64,000 bases of DNA, from contig CAVYNY010000007.1 of the NCBI GenBank assembly GCA_963769935.1, positions 96,001 to 160,000 on the forward strand. The letters run 5' to 3'. A program made the translations under genes and the position numbers. Of this stretch, positions 38,749-47,839 are shown piece after piece (the stretch's first letter is position 1; each line of letters opens with the position of its first letter). The DNA comes from an uncultured delta proteobacterium (GTDB taxonomy: Bacteria > Desulfobacterota > Desulfobacteria > Desulfobacterales > JAFDCJ01). Below the pieces are notes generated by a model. The model worked only from the letters and a program-made list of their open reading frames with translations, was not told the DNA's origin and made no database searches.

Positions 38749-39373
38749 GGCCACTTTCTCCTTTCCCAAGTTGGTTCATCGTTATTTTTTGCATTCCCTT
38801 GTCACTGAAAATGGTTTTACCATCTAATCAAGAGGGCACCGACTCGCTTTTTCAAAGTCGGCAGACGAATCATTGCCTAGGGTCCTTGCCGGGGACAACC
38901 TCACCTCCTTTCACGCAGCATGCCGGCGAAGCCTTTTACCATTTTTTCAACGATTTGTTTCCTATTTGGAATTGAATTAATTATCAAAAAACGGCTCAAT
39001 TCTAATCAGTGTTCAAACCAATGGGTCTTCAAAATTTTTCCCGCATGTGGCTTTATTGGACTACGTCACGTATCCCAAGTCAGGTGGTCAGTATCTTCTT
39101 TGAGCACAAGGCGGGAAAATGAGCAGGGTTTATTTTATTCTCGGTTCTCCACTACCTGGTTTGACTTAAACCGTTAAATTGTATTTATGTCAACAGAAAA
39201 GTTGTTGCAGGCCACCAACCGTGTTTCAGAATGTGCGAATGCAGCCGGAATAATAGACGGCATTCCGGCGGATATGTTTCTATCAGGTTTCATCTTTGTT
39301 GACAGTTATACCCTGTGTTGATACTGAATAATGGATGCTGGATGCTGAATGCTTGAAAAAGAAAGGAGAAGCC

Positions 39374-41047
39374 ATGACCTGGCGCAGCAGACAAATACTT
39401 GAACGACCGGAGTGGTCCATGAACCGCGGTCTTTTTAAGGCCATGGGATACAGCGATTACGATCTGGACCGTCCCCTGATCGGCATTGCCAACTCCTGGA
39501 ACCGGGTGGTTCCGGGACATTACAACCTGAATCAGGTTTCGGAGTTCGTCAAACAGGGAATCCGCCAGGCCGGTGGGACCCCGGTGGAATTCGGGGTGAT
39601 CGCGGCCTGTGACGGCATCGCCCAGGGCCATGCCGGCATGCATTACATCCTGCCGACCCGCGATTTGATTGCCAATGATATCGAAATGATGGTGGAAGCC
39701 CACCGGCTGGATGCCGTCGTGATGCTGGGTTCCTGCGACAAAATCGTCCCCGCCATGCTGATGGCGGCTGCCAGACTGGATCTGCCCGCCATTATCGTGG
39801 TGGGGGGACCGATGGAAGGCGGCTGCCAGTTTGACGGTCGTTCCGCCGATATCACCTCTCTGACGGAAGGGCTGGGAATGTTGAAAGCCGGCAAAATCGA
39901 TGATCAGAATTACCACAATCTGGAAGACTGCGCCGGGCCGACCTGTGGGTCATGCTCTTTTCTCGGAACGGCCAACACCATGTGTTGTGTGGCTGAAGCC
40001 ATGGGACTTTCGCTTCCCGGAAGTGCTACCATTCCGGCAACTTATGCCGATCGCTGGCGGGCTGCCCAGGAATCCGGGCGCCAGATCATGGCGTTGGTAA
40101 AGCAGGGAATCACGGCGCGCCGGATCATCAATCAAAAAGGCATCGAAAACGGGATTCGCCTCAGCACCGCCATCGGCGGTTCGACCAATGTTGCGCTGCA
40201 CATCCCGGCTATCGGATATGAGGCCGACTGCGAAATCACGATGGATCTCTTTGAGGAATTATGCCGCAGCACGCCGCACATTGCCAAAATGAACCCGGCC
40301 GCTGCCCCCAATGTTCCGGATTTTCACCACGCGGGCGGCGTACCGGCGGTTATGAAAGAATTGCTTCCCATTCTGCATGCCGATGCCTTGACTGTTACCG
40401 GCCGGAGTGTGGCCGAAAACCTTGCCGCTGCAGGCACCCCCGACCGCAGGATAATAAAGACGATGGCGGATCCATGGAGCAGGGAAGGCGGACTTGCCGT
40501 ACTGCGCGGCAATCTGGCGCCCAATACGGCGGTCACCAAACCCGCGGCCATTCATCCGGACATGCGTGCCTTTACCGGCAAAGCCCATTGTTTTAACTCC
40601 GAGGAAGATGCCAATCAGGCGATTCTGGCCGGCAAGGTGACGGAAGGCGAGGTCATCGTGATTCGATATGAGGGACCCAAAGGGGGACCCGGTATGCGGG
40701 AAATGTACAAAGCCATGAAACTGCTCTATGGCCGGGGGTTGGCCCTGAAGACGGCCCTGGTCACCGACGGCCGGTTTTCCGGCACGAACAACGGCTGCTT
40801 CGTTGGGCACGTGTCGCCCGAAGCGGCCGAAGGCGGGCCGTTGGCCATTGTCGAAAACGGCGATGAAATCAGCATCGATATCCCCGATCGCAAATTGCAC
40901 CTGAACCTTTCCGACCGGCAAATCCAGGAGCGGCTGGCCCGCTGGCGGCGGCCGGAACCCAAATTCAAGCGCGGCTATCTGGCGTTGTACTCGCGATTGG
41001 CGGAGTCGGCGGATAAAGGCGCCATCATTCGACATAAAATTGAGTAA
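39374..41047 (+). CDS. IlvD/Edd-family Fe-S dehydratase (dihydroxy-acid or sugar-acid dehydratase)
   Basis: [17 protein letters not shown]...[34 protein letters not shown]. Confidence 0.93.
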   Translation: MTWRSRQILERPEWSMNRGLFKAMGYSDYDLDRPLIGIANSWNRVVPGHYNLNQVSEFVKQGIRQAGGTPVEFGVIAACDGIAQGHAGMHYILPTRDLIANDIEMMVEAHRLDAVVMLGSCDKIVPAMLMAAARLDLPAIIVVGGPMEGGCQFDGRSADITSLTEGLGMLKAGKIDDQNYHNLEDCAGPTCGSCSFLGTANTMCCVAEAMGLSLPGSATIPATYADRWRAAQESGRQIMALVKQGITARRIINQKGIENGIRLSTAIGGSTNVALHIPAIGYEADCEITMDLFEELCRSTPHIAKMNPAAAPNVPDFHHAGGVPAVMKELLPILHADALTVTGRSVAENLAAAGTPDRRIIKTMADPWSREGGLAVLRGNLAPNTAVTKPAAIHPDMRAFTGKAHCFNSEEDANQAILAGKVTEGEVIVIRYEGPKGGPGMREMYKAMKLLYGRGLALKTALVTDGRFSGTNNGCFVGHVSPEAAEGGPLAIVENGDEISIDIPDRKLHLNLSDRQIQERLARWRRPEPKFKRGYLALYSRLAESADKGAIIRHKIE

Positions 41048-41139
41048 AAAATCCCGGTCTGGAGGACCATGTTTTCAATGTTCGAATAAACTGATCAATA
41101 TCCATAATTTTAGGCATTTTAGGCATTTGATAATTTGCC

Positions 41140-42444
41140 ATGGACAACATTGTCGTCATCGCAGATGATTTAACAGGAGCCGCTGACACGGGTGTTCAGT
41201 TCTGTCCCTTTTTTGAAGATACAACCCTGGTTTCTTATCGACAATTGCGGCGTGTCCTGGGACCGTCTCCGGCCTCTGCTTCACGGGCGGCTGCGATCTA
41301 CACGAACAGCCGCGCTTTGGCAGCCGAAGCAGCCAGACATCGCCTGGTCTCCGTGGCGCATGAGCTTGCCGGGGAACCGCCGATTTGGATTTACAAAAAA
41401 ATCGATTCCTGTATGCGCGGCAATGTGGGACCGGAGGCCGACGCGCTGCTGGATGCACTTGGCTACGAGGTGAGCTTCATCACGCCGGCGTTTCCTGAAA
41501 TGGGACGAACTACCGAAAATGATATTCACCGGGTTCACGGCATCCCGCTGGATCAAACTGAAATTGCGCGGGATCCGATCACCCCCGTAAAAGATTCCCA
41601 TCTGTCCCGGATCGTGCAATCCGAGAGCAAGTACCCCGTCGGTCATGTGGCGGCAGCTTATCTGAACGGGACTGAAAAAGAACTGCAGGCGGAAGTCGAT
41701 CGGCAGGTTCGGCGCGGTTTCAGGCACCTGGTATTTGATGCCGCCAACCGGTATCATCTGGACCGGATTGCCGGACTGGTTTATTCCTTTCCCGGCAGGG
41801 TGCTGCCGGTGGGATCTGCGGGACTGGCGGGCAGCCTCACCGAACCGTTATGCCCCGGCAGGAAGGCCGTGAAGGCGGGTCTAAAAATCGATGGAGCCGG
41901 CTGCAATTTGCTGGTTTGCGGCACAACATCGGAAGTAACCGCCCGGCAAATTGACAATCTGCTGCCGAGACATTCCTATGAATTAATTCAGTTGAGCTGC
42001 GGCATGCTGGCTGATCCGAATCGCAGGGATGACTTTTCGAAAACCGTGTCTGCGACGCACTCGATTTTATTTAAAAAAAATGTGGTCCTGACCATCGCGC
42101 CGCAGCAATTCACTCCAGCCGCTGACCAGCAGGCAGCTTTTCACCCGGAGGCCGCATCGATCGTCAGAGGGTTGGGTCTTTTCACGGCTGAAGTCATTGC
42201 GTTTTTCAAACCGCGCAATCTTTTTCTTACCGGAGGCGACACGGCTGATGCGGTTTTGACAGCGGTTGAAGCCGGCGGCATACGGATTCTGGGAGAAGTC
42301 GTGGCCGGTGTGGTGCAGGGTGAGCTATTCGGCGGGCCGCTGGCGGGATTGCCGGTTGTCACCAAAGCCGGCGCATTCGGACACGCAGACACGCTGGTTG
42401 CCCTTCATGAATATTGGCAAAACACATATGGAGTTGGCTTATGA
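41140..42444 (+). CDS. Four-carbon acid-sugar kinase, DUF1537 family (DtnK/DenK-like)
   Basis: IADDLTGAAD, YKKIDS.MRGN, PAFPEMGRT, LTGGDTA, VTKAGAFG. Confidence 0.92.
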   Translation: MDNIVVIADDLTGAADTGVQFCPFFEDTTLVSYRQLRRVLGPSPASASRAAAIYTNSRALAAEAARHRLVSVAHELAGEPPIWIYKKIDSCMRGNVGPEADALLDALGYEVSFITPAFPEMGRTTENDIHRVHGIPLDQTEIARDPITPVKDSHLSRIVQSESKYPVGHVAAAYLNGTEKELQAEVDRQVRRGFRHLVFDAANRYHLDRIAGLVYSFPGRVLPVGSAGLAGSLTEPLCPGRKAVKAGLKIDGAGCNLLVCGTTSEVTARQIDNLLPRHSYELIQLSCGMLADPNRRDDFSKTVSATHSILFKKNVVLTIAPQQFTPAADQQAAFHPEAASIVRGLGLFTAEVIAFFKPRNLFLTGGDTADAVLTAVEAGGIRILGEVVAGVVQGELFGGPLAGLPVVTKAGAFGHADTLVALHEYWQNTYGVGL

Positions 42445-43484
42445 GCGATGATAAACGACCTATACTAGGAATTTCGGTCGGCGACCCGGGGGGGATCGGT
42501 CCGGAGATAACTGCCAAGGCTTTAGCCGCAGAAGATATTTATGACCTGTGCCGGCCGGTGGCCGTGGCGGATTCACGGTTTATGGCGGATGTCCTGCGCT
42601 TTACCGGACTGAAGTTAAACCTTAATCCGGTGCAGCACGTTGATGATGCCCGTTTTTTGAACGGTACCCTGGATGTTCTGGACATGCACAATATGCCGCC
42701 TGAAAAACTAAGGTACAAGGAAGTCACAGCCGAACAGGGCCGGGCATCTTTTGAATATGTCGCCAAGGTTATCGAACTGGCCATGAATCAAACTGTCGAC
42801 GGCACCGTGACCGGACCGATCAATAAAGCCGCCATCAATGCCGCAGGGCATCATTATGCCGGACACACTGAAATTTATGCCGCTTTAACCGGCACCCGGG
42901 ATTATTCCATGATGCTCTCTCACGGCAATTTTCGTGTAACTCATATATCTACCCACGTCAGCTTGAGACAGGCCTGTGATTTGGTTAAGAAAGACCGGGT
43001 TGTCAGGGTCATCAATCTGACCTATGATGCATTAAAAAATTTCGGCCTGTCCGTGCCCCGGATCGGTGTTGCGGGATTAAATCCGCACTGCGGTGAGGAC
43101 GGCATGTTCGGTCGTGAGGATGATGAAGAAATCAAACCGGCAGTGGAACGATGCCGGCAGAGGGGCTATGCGGTTGAAGGACCGATTCCGGCGGACACGG
43201 TATTTTCGAAAATGAAGGGCGGCATGTATGATGCCGTGGTGGTCATGTATCACGATCAGGGGCACATCCCCATGAAATTTCTAGGTTTTCAGTACGATCA
43301 AAATACGGGTCAATGGGGTGAGATGTCCGGTGTCAACGTTACGCTGGGTCTTCCCATCGTGAGGACTTCAGTAGATCACGGTACCGCCTTCGGCAAGGCC
43401 GGGGAGGGCCGAGCCAATCCTCAATCCATGATTGAAGCGATAAAGCTGGGGGCGATGCTTTCCGGAAAGGAGGAGAAGGAGTAA
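42441..43484 (+). CDS. pdxA: PdxA-family dehydrogenase, PdxA2-type by context (4-phospho-tetronate dehydrogenase)
   Basis: GDPGGIGPE, GHTE, GLNPH.GE, MYHDQGHIP, RTSVDHGTAF. Overlaps the DUF1537 kinase stop (ATGA). Confidence 0.92.
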   Translation: MSDDKRPILGISVGDPGGIGPEITAKALAAEDIYDLCRPVAVADSRFMADVLRFTGLKLNLNPVQHVDDARFLNGTLDVLDMHNMPPEKLRYKEVTAEQGRASFEYVAKVIELAMNQTVDGTVTGPINKAAINAAGHHYAGHTEIYAALTGTRDYSMMLSHGNFRVTHISTHVSLRQACDLVKKDRVVRVINLTYDALKNFGLSVPRIGVAGLNPHCGEDGMFGREDDEEIKPAVERCRQRGYAVEGPIPADTVFSKMKGGMYDAVVVMYHDQGHIPMKFLGFQYDQNTGQWGEMSGVNVTLGLPIVRTSVDHGTAFGKAGEGRANPQSMIEAIKLGAMLSGKEEKE

Positions 43485-43819
43485 AGGTTAAAGGTAAGGA
43501 TGAAGGAGAAAGGTTGGAAGATAGAAATTGATAAGATCAGAAGATAAGTAAATCAGAAGGTAGGAGGGTAAGAGGGTGCGAGGGTAAGAGATTGGAAAGC
43601 TGATCAGCTTGTGAGCGCTTAAGTTCGTAAGCTCTTAAGATCGTTAGCATCCAAGATTATTATAGATTTTTTCCCTATCAACTATGAGTAGCTACGAGCA
43701 GAGCTATGACCAATCAACTTAACCAGTCACCCCTTAAATTGACTCACCGATCGGGCAATCAACTTCAACAAACACAATAAACTAACAATAAACCAATAAC
43801 TCAACTACGGGAGGTTAAA

Positions 43820-44698
43820 ATGGAACGAATCGGATTCGTCGGACTGGGGATTATGGGCAAACCCATGGCCCGCAACCTGCTAAAGGCCGGTTATGATCTG
43901 GTGGTGCACAATCGCAGCCGGGCAGCGGTGGAAGAACTTGCCGCCGAAGGGGCGCAGGCGGCTTCGTCACCCAAAGAGGTTGCCGGGCAAAGCGATGTGG
44001 TCATTACGATGCTGCCGGACTCGCCTGACGTCGAACAGGTGGTGTTGGGACCGAACGGCGTCGTCGAAGGGATCCGATCGGGGAGCCTGTTTGTTGATAT
44101 GTCCACCATCGCACCCGGCACGGCCCGCACCGTTTACGACGCACTGAAAGCAAAAGGCGTGGAGGCTTTAGATGCGCCTGTTTCCGGCGGTGAAGTGGGC
44201 GCCAAAGAGGGTACCCTTTCCATCATGGTGGGCGGCACCCAAGCCGCTTTTCAGAGAGCCATGCCTGTCTTTGAAGTGATGGGGAAAAATATCGTCCTTA
44301 TCGGTGAGCCGGGCGCCGGACAGGTGACCAAAGCCTGCAATCAGATCGTGGTGGGTGTGACCATCCAAGCGGTTTCCGAAGCCCTGATCCTGGCTCGCAA
44401 GTCCGGGGTGGATCCCGCCAAAGTTCGCGAAGCGCTGCTGGGCGGGTTTGCCCAGAGCCGTATTCTCGACCTGCACGGTCAAAGAATTATTAATCGCACC
44501 TTTCAACCCGGATTCCGGGTGCGGCTGCACCGCAAGGATCTTGCCATCGCCCTGCAAACCGGACGTGAGGTTTCGCTGCCGCTGATGCTGACATCCCAGG
44601 TGGCGGAGCTGATGAATGCGCTGATTGCCAGAGGTGACGGTGATTTGGATCATTCAGGCTTGGCGCATCTGCTCGAGCAGATGGGAGGCGCGGAATAA
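43820..44698 (+). CDS. 2-hydroxy-3-oxopropionate (tartronate semialdehyde) reductase, GlxR/GarR-like
   Basis: GFVGLGIMG, DAPVSGG, GQVTKACNQI, LLGGFAQSRIL.LHG, F.PGFR..LH.KDL. Confidence 0.88.
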   Translation: MERIGFVGLGIMGKPMARNLLKAGYDLVVHNRSRAAVEELAAEGAQAASSPKEVAGQSDVVITMLPDSPDVEQVVLGPNGVVEGIRSGSLFVDMSTIAPGTARTVYDALKAKGVEALDAPVSGGEVGAKEGTLSIMVGGTQAAFQRAMPVFEVMGKNIVLIGEPGAGQVTKACNQIVVGVTIQAVSEALILARKSGVDPAKVREALLGGFAQSRILDLHGQRIINRTFQPGFRVRLHRKDLAIALQTGREVSLPLMLTSQVAELMNALIARGDGDLDHSGLAHLLEQMGGAE

Positions 44699-44804
44699 GA
44701 TTGAAAATTGAATATTTAAGGAATTCTATCATTTTTTTAATGAATATCGGGTGGCAATTCCTAAAAACTGAAAATATGAGCGGTTAAAGCGATTCAACGT
44801 TTGA

Positions 44805-44930
44805 AACGATCCTAACAACTACAACGATCCAAATTTATCCCATGAAATATACGCAGTATCAGCGAAGCGAATTTCATTAGGACGATCCAAACGATCTCAA
44901 CGATCTCAACGATCCAAACGAACTAAACCA
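44805..44930 (+). repeat. Short ~9-nt imperfect tandem repeats (AACGATCY core)
   Basis: aacgatcct, aacgatcca, gacgatcca-aacgatctc-aacgatctc-aacgatcca. Confidence 0.75.
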
Positions 44931-44954
44931 ATATCATCTATGAGGAGAGCCGAT

Positions 44955-45287
44955 ATGATTGTTGTTGCGAAACTGAAAGCCAAGGCCGGTGAAGAAGCCA
45001 AAATGGAAGCCGCCCTGCGGGGCATGGTTGTCAAGGTGGCTCAAGAGCAGGGAACACTGACCTATACCCTGCACCGAGACCGGCAGAATCCGTGCGTATT
45101 TATGTTTTACGAAAAGTACAAGGATGCCGCAGCGCTTAAAGCCCATAGCTCAACGCCCTATTTCAAGGAATTGTTCAAGTTCCTGGAACCCCTGCTGGAT
45201 GAAGCACCGGAAATCGGAATGTACGATGAGCTTACCCGGCTAAGAGACAATGTTTCTGGAAAGAGTGCGCCTGGAACCAGTTTGTAG
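44955..45287 (+). CDS. ABM (antibiotic biosynthesis monooxygenase)-fold protein
   Basis: MIVVAKLKAKAG...E.GTL.Y.LH...FMFYEKY.D..AL.AH..TPYF. Confidence 0.85.
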   Translation: MIVVAKLKAKAGEEAKMEAALRGMVVKVAQEQGTLTYTLHRDRQNPCVFMFYEKYKDAAALKAHSSTPYFKELFKFLEPLLDEAPEIGMYDELTRLRDNVSGKSAPGTSL

Positions 45288-45323
45288 CTGACACATGACA
45301 CCACCAAACAAGGAAATACCGCC

Positions 45324-46763
45324 ATGGGAAAACTCCCCTTGCATTATCAAACCATCACGGAGCTTGCCGACGGCATCCGCAACGGAGAAATTACTTCTGC
45401 TCAACTGGTACAAAATCTTCTGGAACGCATCGAATCACTTGATGGTCGGCTGAATGCCTTCCGGTTGACGTGTCCGGAAAAGGCCCTGGAACAGGCACAG
45501 GCGGCGGACCGCCAAATGAAAAATGGAAAGAATTCAGGGATCCTGCACGGGATTCCATACGCCGTCAAGGACCTGTTTGATGTCAAGGGACAGCCGACTG
45601 CGGCCGGCTCCAAACTGCTCGAAAAAAATATTGCCGCCCAAGATGCGCAGGCTGTCGGCAGGCTTTCACGGGCCGGAATGATTTTGGCGGGCAAAACCAA
45701 CACGGTGCAGTTTGCTTTCAGCGGGGTCGGCATCAATCACGATCACGGCACGCCTCACAATCCCTGGAGTCAAACCCATCATATTCCCGGCGGCTCCAGC
45801 AGCGGATCGGCGGTTGCGGTGGCGGCCGGGCTGGTTCCCATGGCCCTGGGAACGGATACCGGCGGCTCGGTGCGGGTGCCTGCCGCCCTATGCGGCACGG
45901 TTGGTCTAAAAACCACCGTAGGTCGCATCAGCCGGGCCGGCGTCTATCCGTTAAGCTGGACGCTGGATTCGATCGGTGTCTTTGCGCGCTCGGTGGAAGA
46001 TGCCGCCCTGGTTTATCAGTGCCTACAGGGCTCCGATGTCAACGATGAAATAACCCTGGGCCTAGCACCTCATGATGTCCTCAAGGATCTGAAAAAAGGT
46101 GTCAAAGGCCTTCGGCTGGCCTTCGCCGAATCGGTATTCTGGGAGGATGTCCACCCGGAAGTTGCCGGAGCCGTGCGAGCCTGCGGCCAAATATTTGAAG
46201 AGTTGGGGGCCACCGTCGGCAGCCTGGATTTCACCGAAGCTCAGGCAGCGCGCGAATTGAACCCGGGCGGTGTGATCATTGCCAGTGAAGGCTACACGCT
46301 GAACAAAAACTGGCTGGAGGAGCACTTCGATGAGCTGGATCCGGTCGTGGCCCACCGCATGATCAAAGGCCGCGACATTACCGCCGGCCAATACCTGCAA
46401 ACCAACTACCTTGCCCGACAACTGCGCGCCAAAGCCGGCAACACATTAAAAGAAGTGGATGCGCTGCTGGTACCTGCGACGCCTGTGCCCGCCCGTCCTG
46501 TGGCGGAGGTGGACACCGACATGGACAATTATCTGGCGCAGAACATCCGCTATCTGCGCAACACTTCCATCGGAAATATCCTGAATTTCTGCGGCTTGAG
46601 TCTGCCGTGCGGATTTACCGCCAGCGGTCTGCCCATCGGGCTTTTGATCTACGGTAAACCCTTCCGGGAAGATATTTTGCTTCGAGCCGGATATGCATTT
46701 CAGCAAGGCACCGATTGGCACAGGCACCTGCCGGATCTGTCGTGGGTTGATACAGGGCGGTAA
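45324..46763 (+). CDS. Amidase-signature family amidohydrolase
   Basis: AVKDL, PGGSSSGS, GTDTGGSVRVPA (Lys-cisSer-Ser triad motifs). Confidence 0.92.
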   Translation: MGKLPLHYQTITELADGIRNGEITSAQLVQNLLERIESLDGRLNAFRLTCPEKALEQAQAADRQMKNGKNSGILHGIPYAVKDLFDVKGQPTAAGSKLLEKNIAAQDAQAVGRLSRAGMILAGKTNTVQFAFSGVGINHDHGTPHNPWSQTHHIPGGSSSGSAVAVAAGLVPMALGTDTGGSVRVPAALCGTVGLKTTVGRISRAGVYPLSWTLDSIGVFARSVEDAALVYQCLQGSDVNDEITLGLAPHDVLKDLKKGVKGLRLAFAESVFWEDVHPEVAGAVRACGQIFEELGATVGSLDFTEAQAARELNPGGVIIASEGYTLNKNWLEEHFDELDPVVAHRMIKGRDITAGQYLQTNYLARQLRAKAGNTLKEVDALLVPATPVPARPVAEVDTDMDNYLAQNIRYLRNTSIGNILNFCGLSLPCGFTASGLPIGLLIYGKPFREDILLRAGYAFQQGTDWHRHLPDLSWVDTGR

Positions 46764-46788
46764 TCCTCTAAATGGAAAGGAGACCAGT

Positions 46789-47148
46789 ATGCCGCAAGTC
46801 GTCATTCATATGTCGGAGACCCGGGATCAGGGGGCAAAATCCCTTCTGGTAAAAGAAATTCGGCGGGCCATCTCAAAAACACTGGAGCTGGACACTATTA
46901 TCGGGCAGGTCATACTTTATGAAAGCCCGGTGGCCAATCGAGAAACGCATGCCGATCGCGATCCCAATTTCGTGTTTGTAGAAGTGTTCATGTATCCCGG
47001 GCGCGATCCGGCGCTGAAGCAAGAACTGATGGAGCGGTTCTTCATGTTGATCAACCGGCACATGGACGTTGATCCGAAAGACATCAATGCCGTCATTCAC
47101 GAAATTCCGAAGGAAGACTATTTTGGCGGGTTGATGAAACAGCATTGA
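46789..47148 (+). CDS. Tautomerase superfamily protein (two beta-alpha-beta units)
   Basis: Starts M-P (catalytic Pro1 after Met removal); GRDPALKQEL...DINAVIHE; AAGGAG RBS. Confidence 0.8.
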   Translation: MPQVVIHMSETRDQGAKSLLVKEIRRAISKTLELDTIIGQVILYESPVANRETHADRDPNFVFVEVFMYPGRDPALKQELMERFFMLINRHMDVDPKDINAVIHEIPKEDYFGGLMKQH

Positions 47149-47544
47149 ACCGCCCACCATACCATTCAAAAGATTGCACCATTTACAGGGAGATCCTGCT
47201 GACAGCCGATCACAATGCCTATCACACCGGTGAATTCGCTTTCATGAGACAGGTGATGAATACCTGGCCGACTGCCAAGGTGCTCTACGATGCCCAATGA
47301 TATGCGATTGCGAAATGAAAATGAAATGTTTTAATTGAATTTTTAATAAAGAGGGTTGATGTTTAATACAAAGAAGTACCTTGACAAAGTGGCGACAACT
47401 CATTAAAGTGGATTGATCATCTGACAAAGTAATATTCAATCAATTTAGTAATTTAATCAATCCAAATCCGGCCGAATATTATGTATAGCCCCTCTCTCTA
47501 ATCGCTGATATTTGCCGGGCACCCTAATATTTTGCGATGCCTTC

Positions 47545-47590
47545 AACGACTAATATTCTACAAGGATAACGACTAATATTTTACAAGGAT
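47545..47590 (+). repeat. 23-bp tandem direct repeat (two copies) upstream of the T6SS operon
   Basis: aacgactaatattctacaaggat / aacgactaatattttacaaggat, one mismatch. Confidence 0.85.
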
Positions 47591-47839
47591 AAATTGCAAC
47601 GGGAGGCATAATTTGCTGCGGGAATGCGACGACCCCTAGTGGAAAAGCAATTCCCGCAAAACCATGAAATGACATAAACTGTGACTTAATCCTTAACCCC
47701 GGCGATAATGTGGCCGGCAGATGTCATCTAAATTTGCGACGCTTTGTCGCACGACCGTATATTTTAATTTCATACTCAGTTCGCGTGCCAAGTTGAAGAT
47801 GAGGTTTAATTTCCTTTCATCCCAAAGGGGTTCTGATCG

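Noticed and set aside
42441..43484. Vitamin B6 biosynthesis pdxA
   Set aside because: It is coupled to a DUF1537 kinase, the catabolic PdxA2 context, and no pdxJ/surA/ksgA neighbours are present.
43820..44698. Sulfolactaldehyde reductase, implying a sulfoglycolysis (sulfo-ED) reading of the island
   Set aside because: The motif is DAPVSGG (carboxylate-type), not the G-R-T sulfonate-binding variant of YihU-like enzymes. No sulfoquinovosidase or aldolase is visible. DHPS is still worth testing on the dehydratase.
45324..46763. gatA (Glu-tRNA amidotransferase subunit A)
   Set aside because: No gatC/gatB is adjacent and it lacks the typical GatA DEFAMGS motif, so it is called a generic amidase.
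47545..47590. CRISPR array
   Set aside because: Only two directly abutting repeats, with no spacers and no cas genes.
47595..47680. c-di-GMP riboswitch upstream of the T6SS
   Set aside because: A hairpin is present, but I could not find the conserved GEMM motifs. An Rfam scan would settle it.
47775..47792. Sigma54 promoter (TGGCACG on the minus strand) near the T6SS
   Set aside because: The -12 element lacks the GC, and it points away from the operon with no credible gene downstream.
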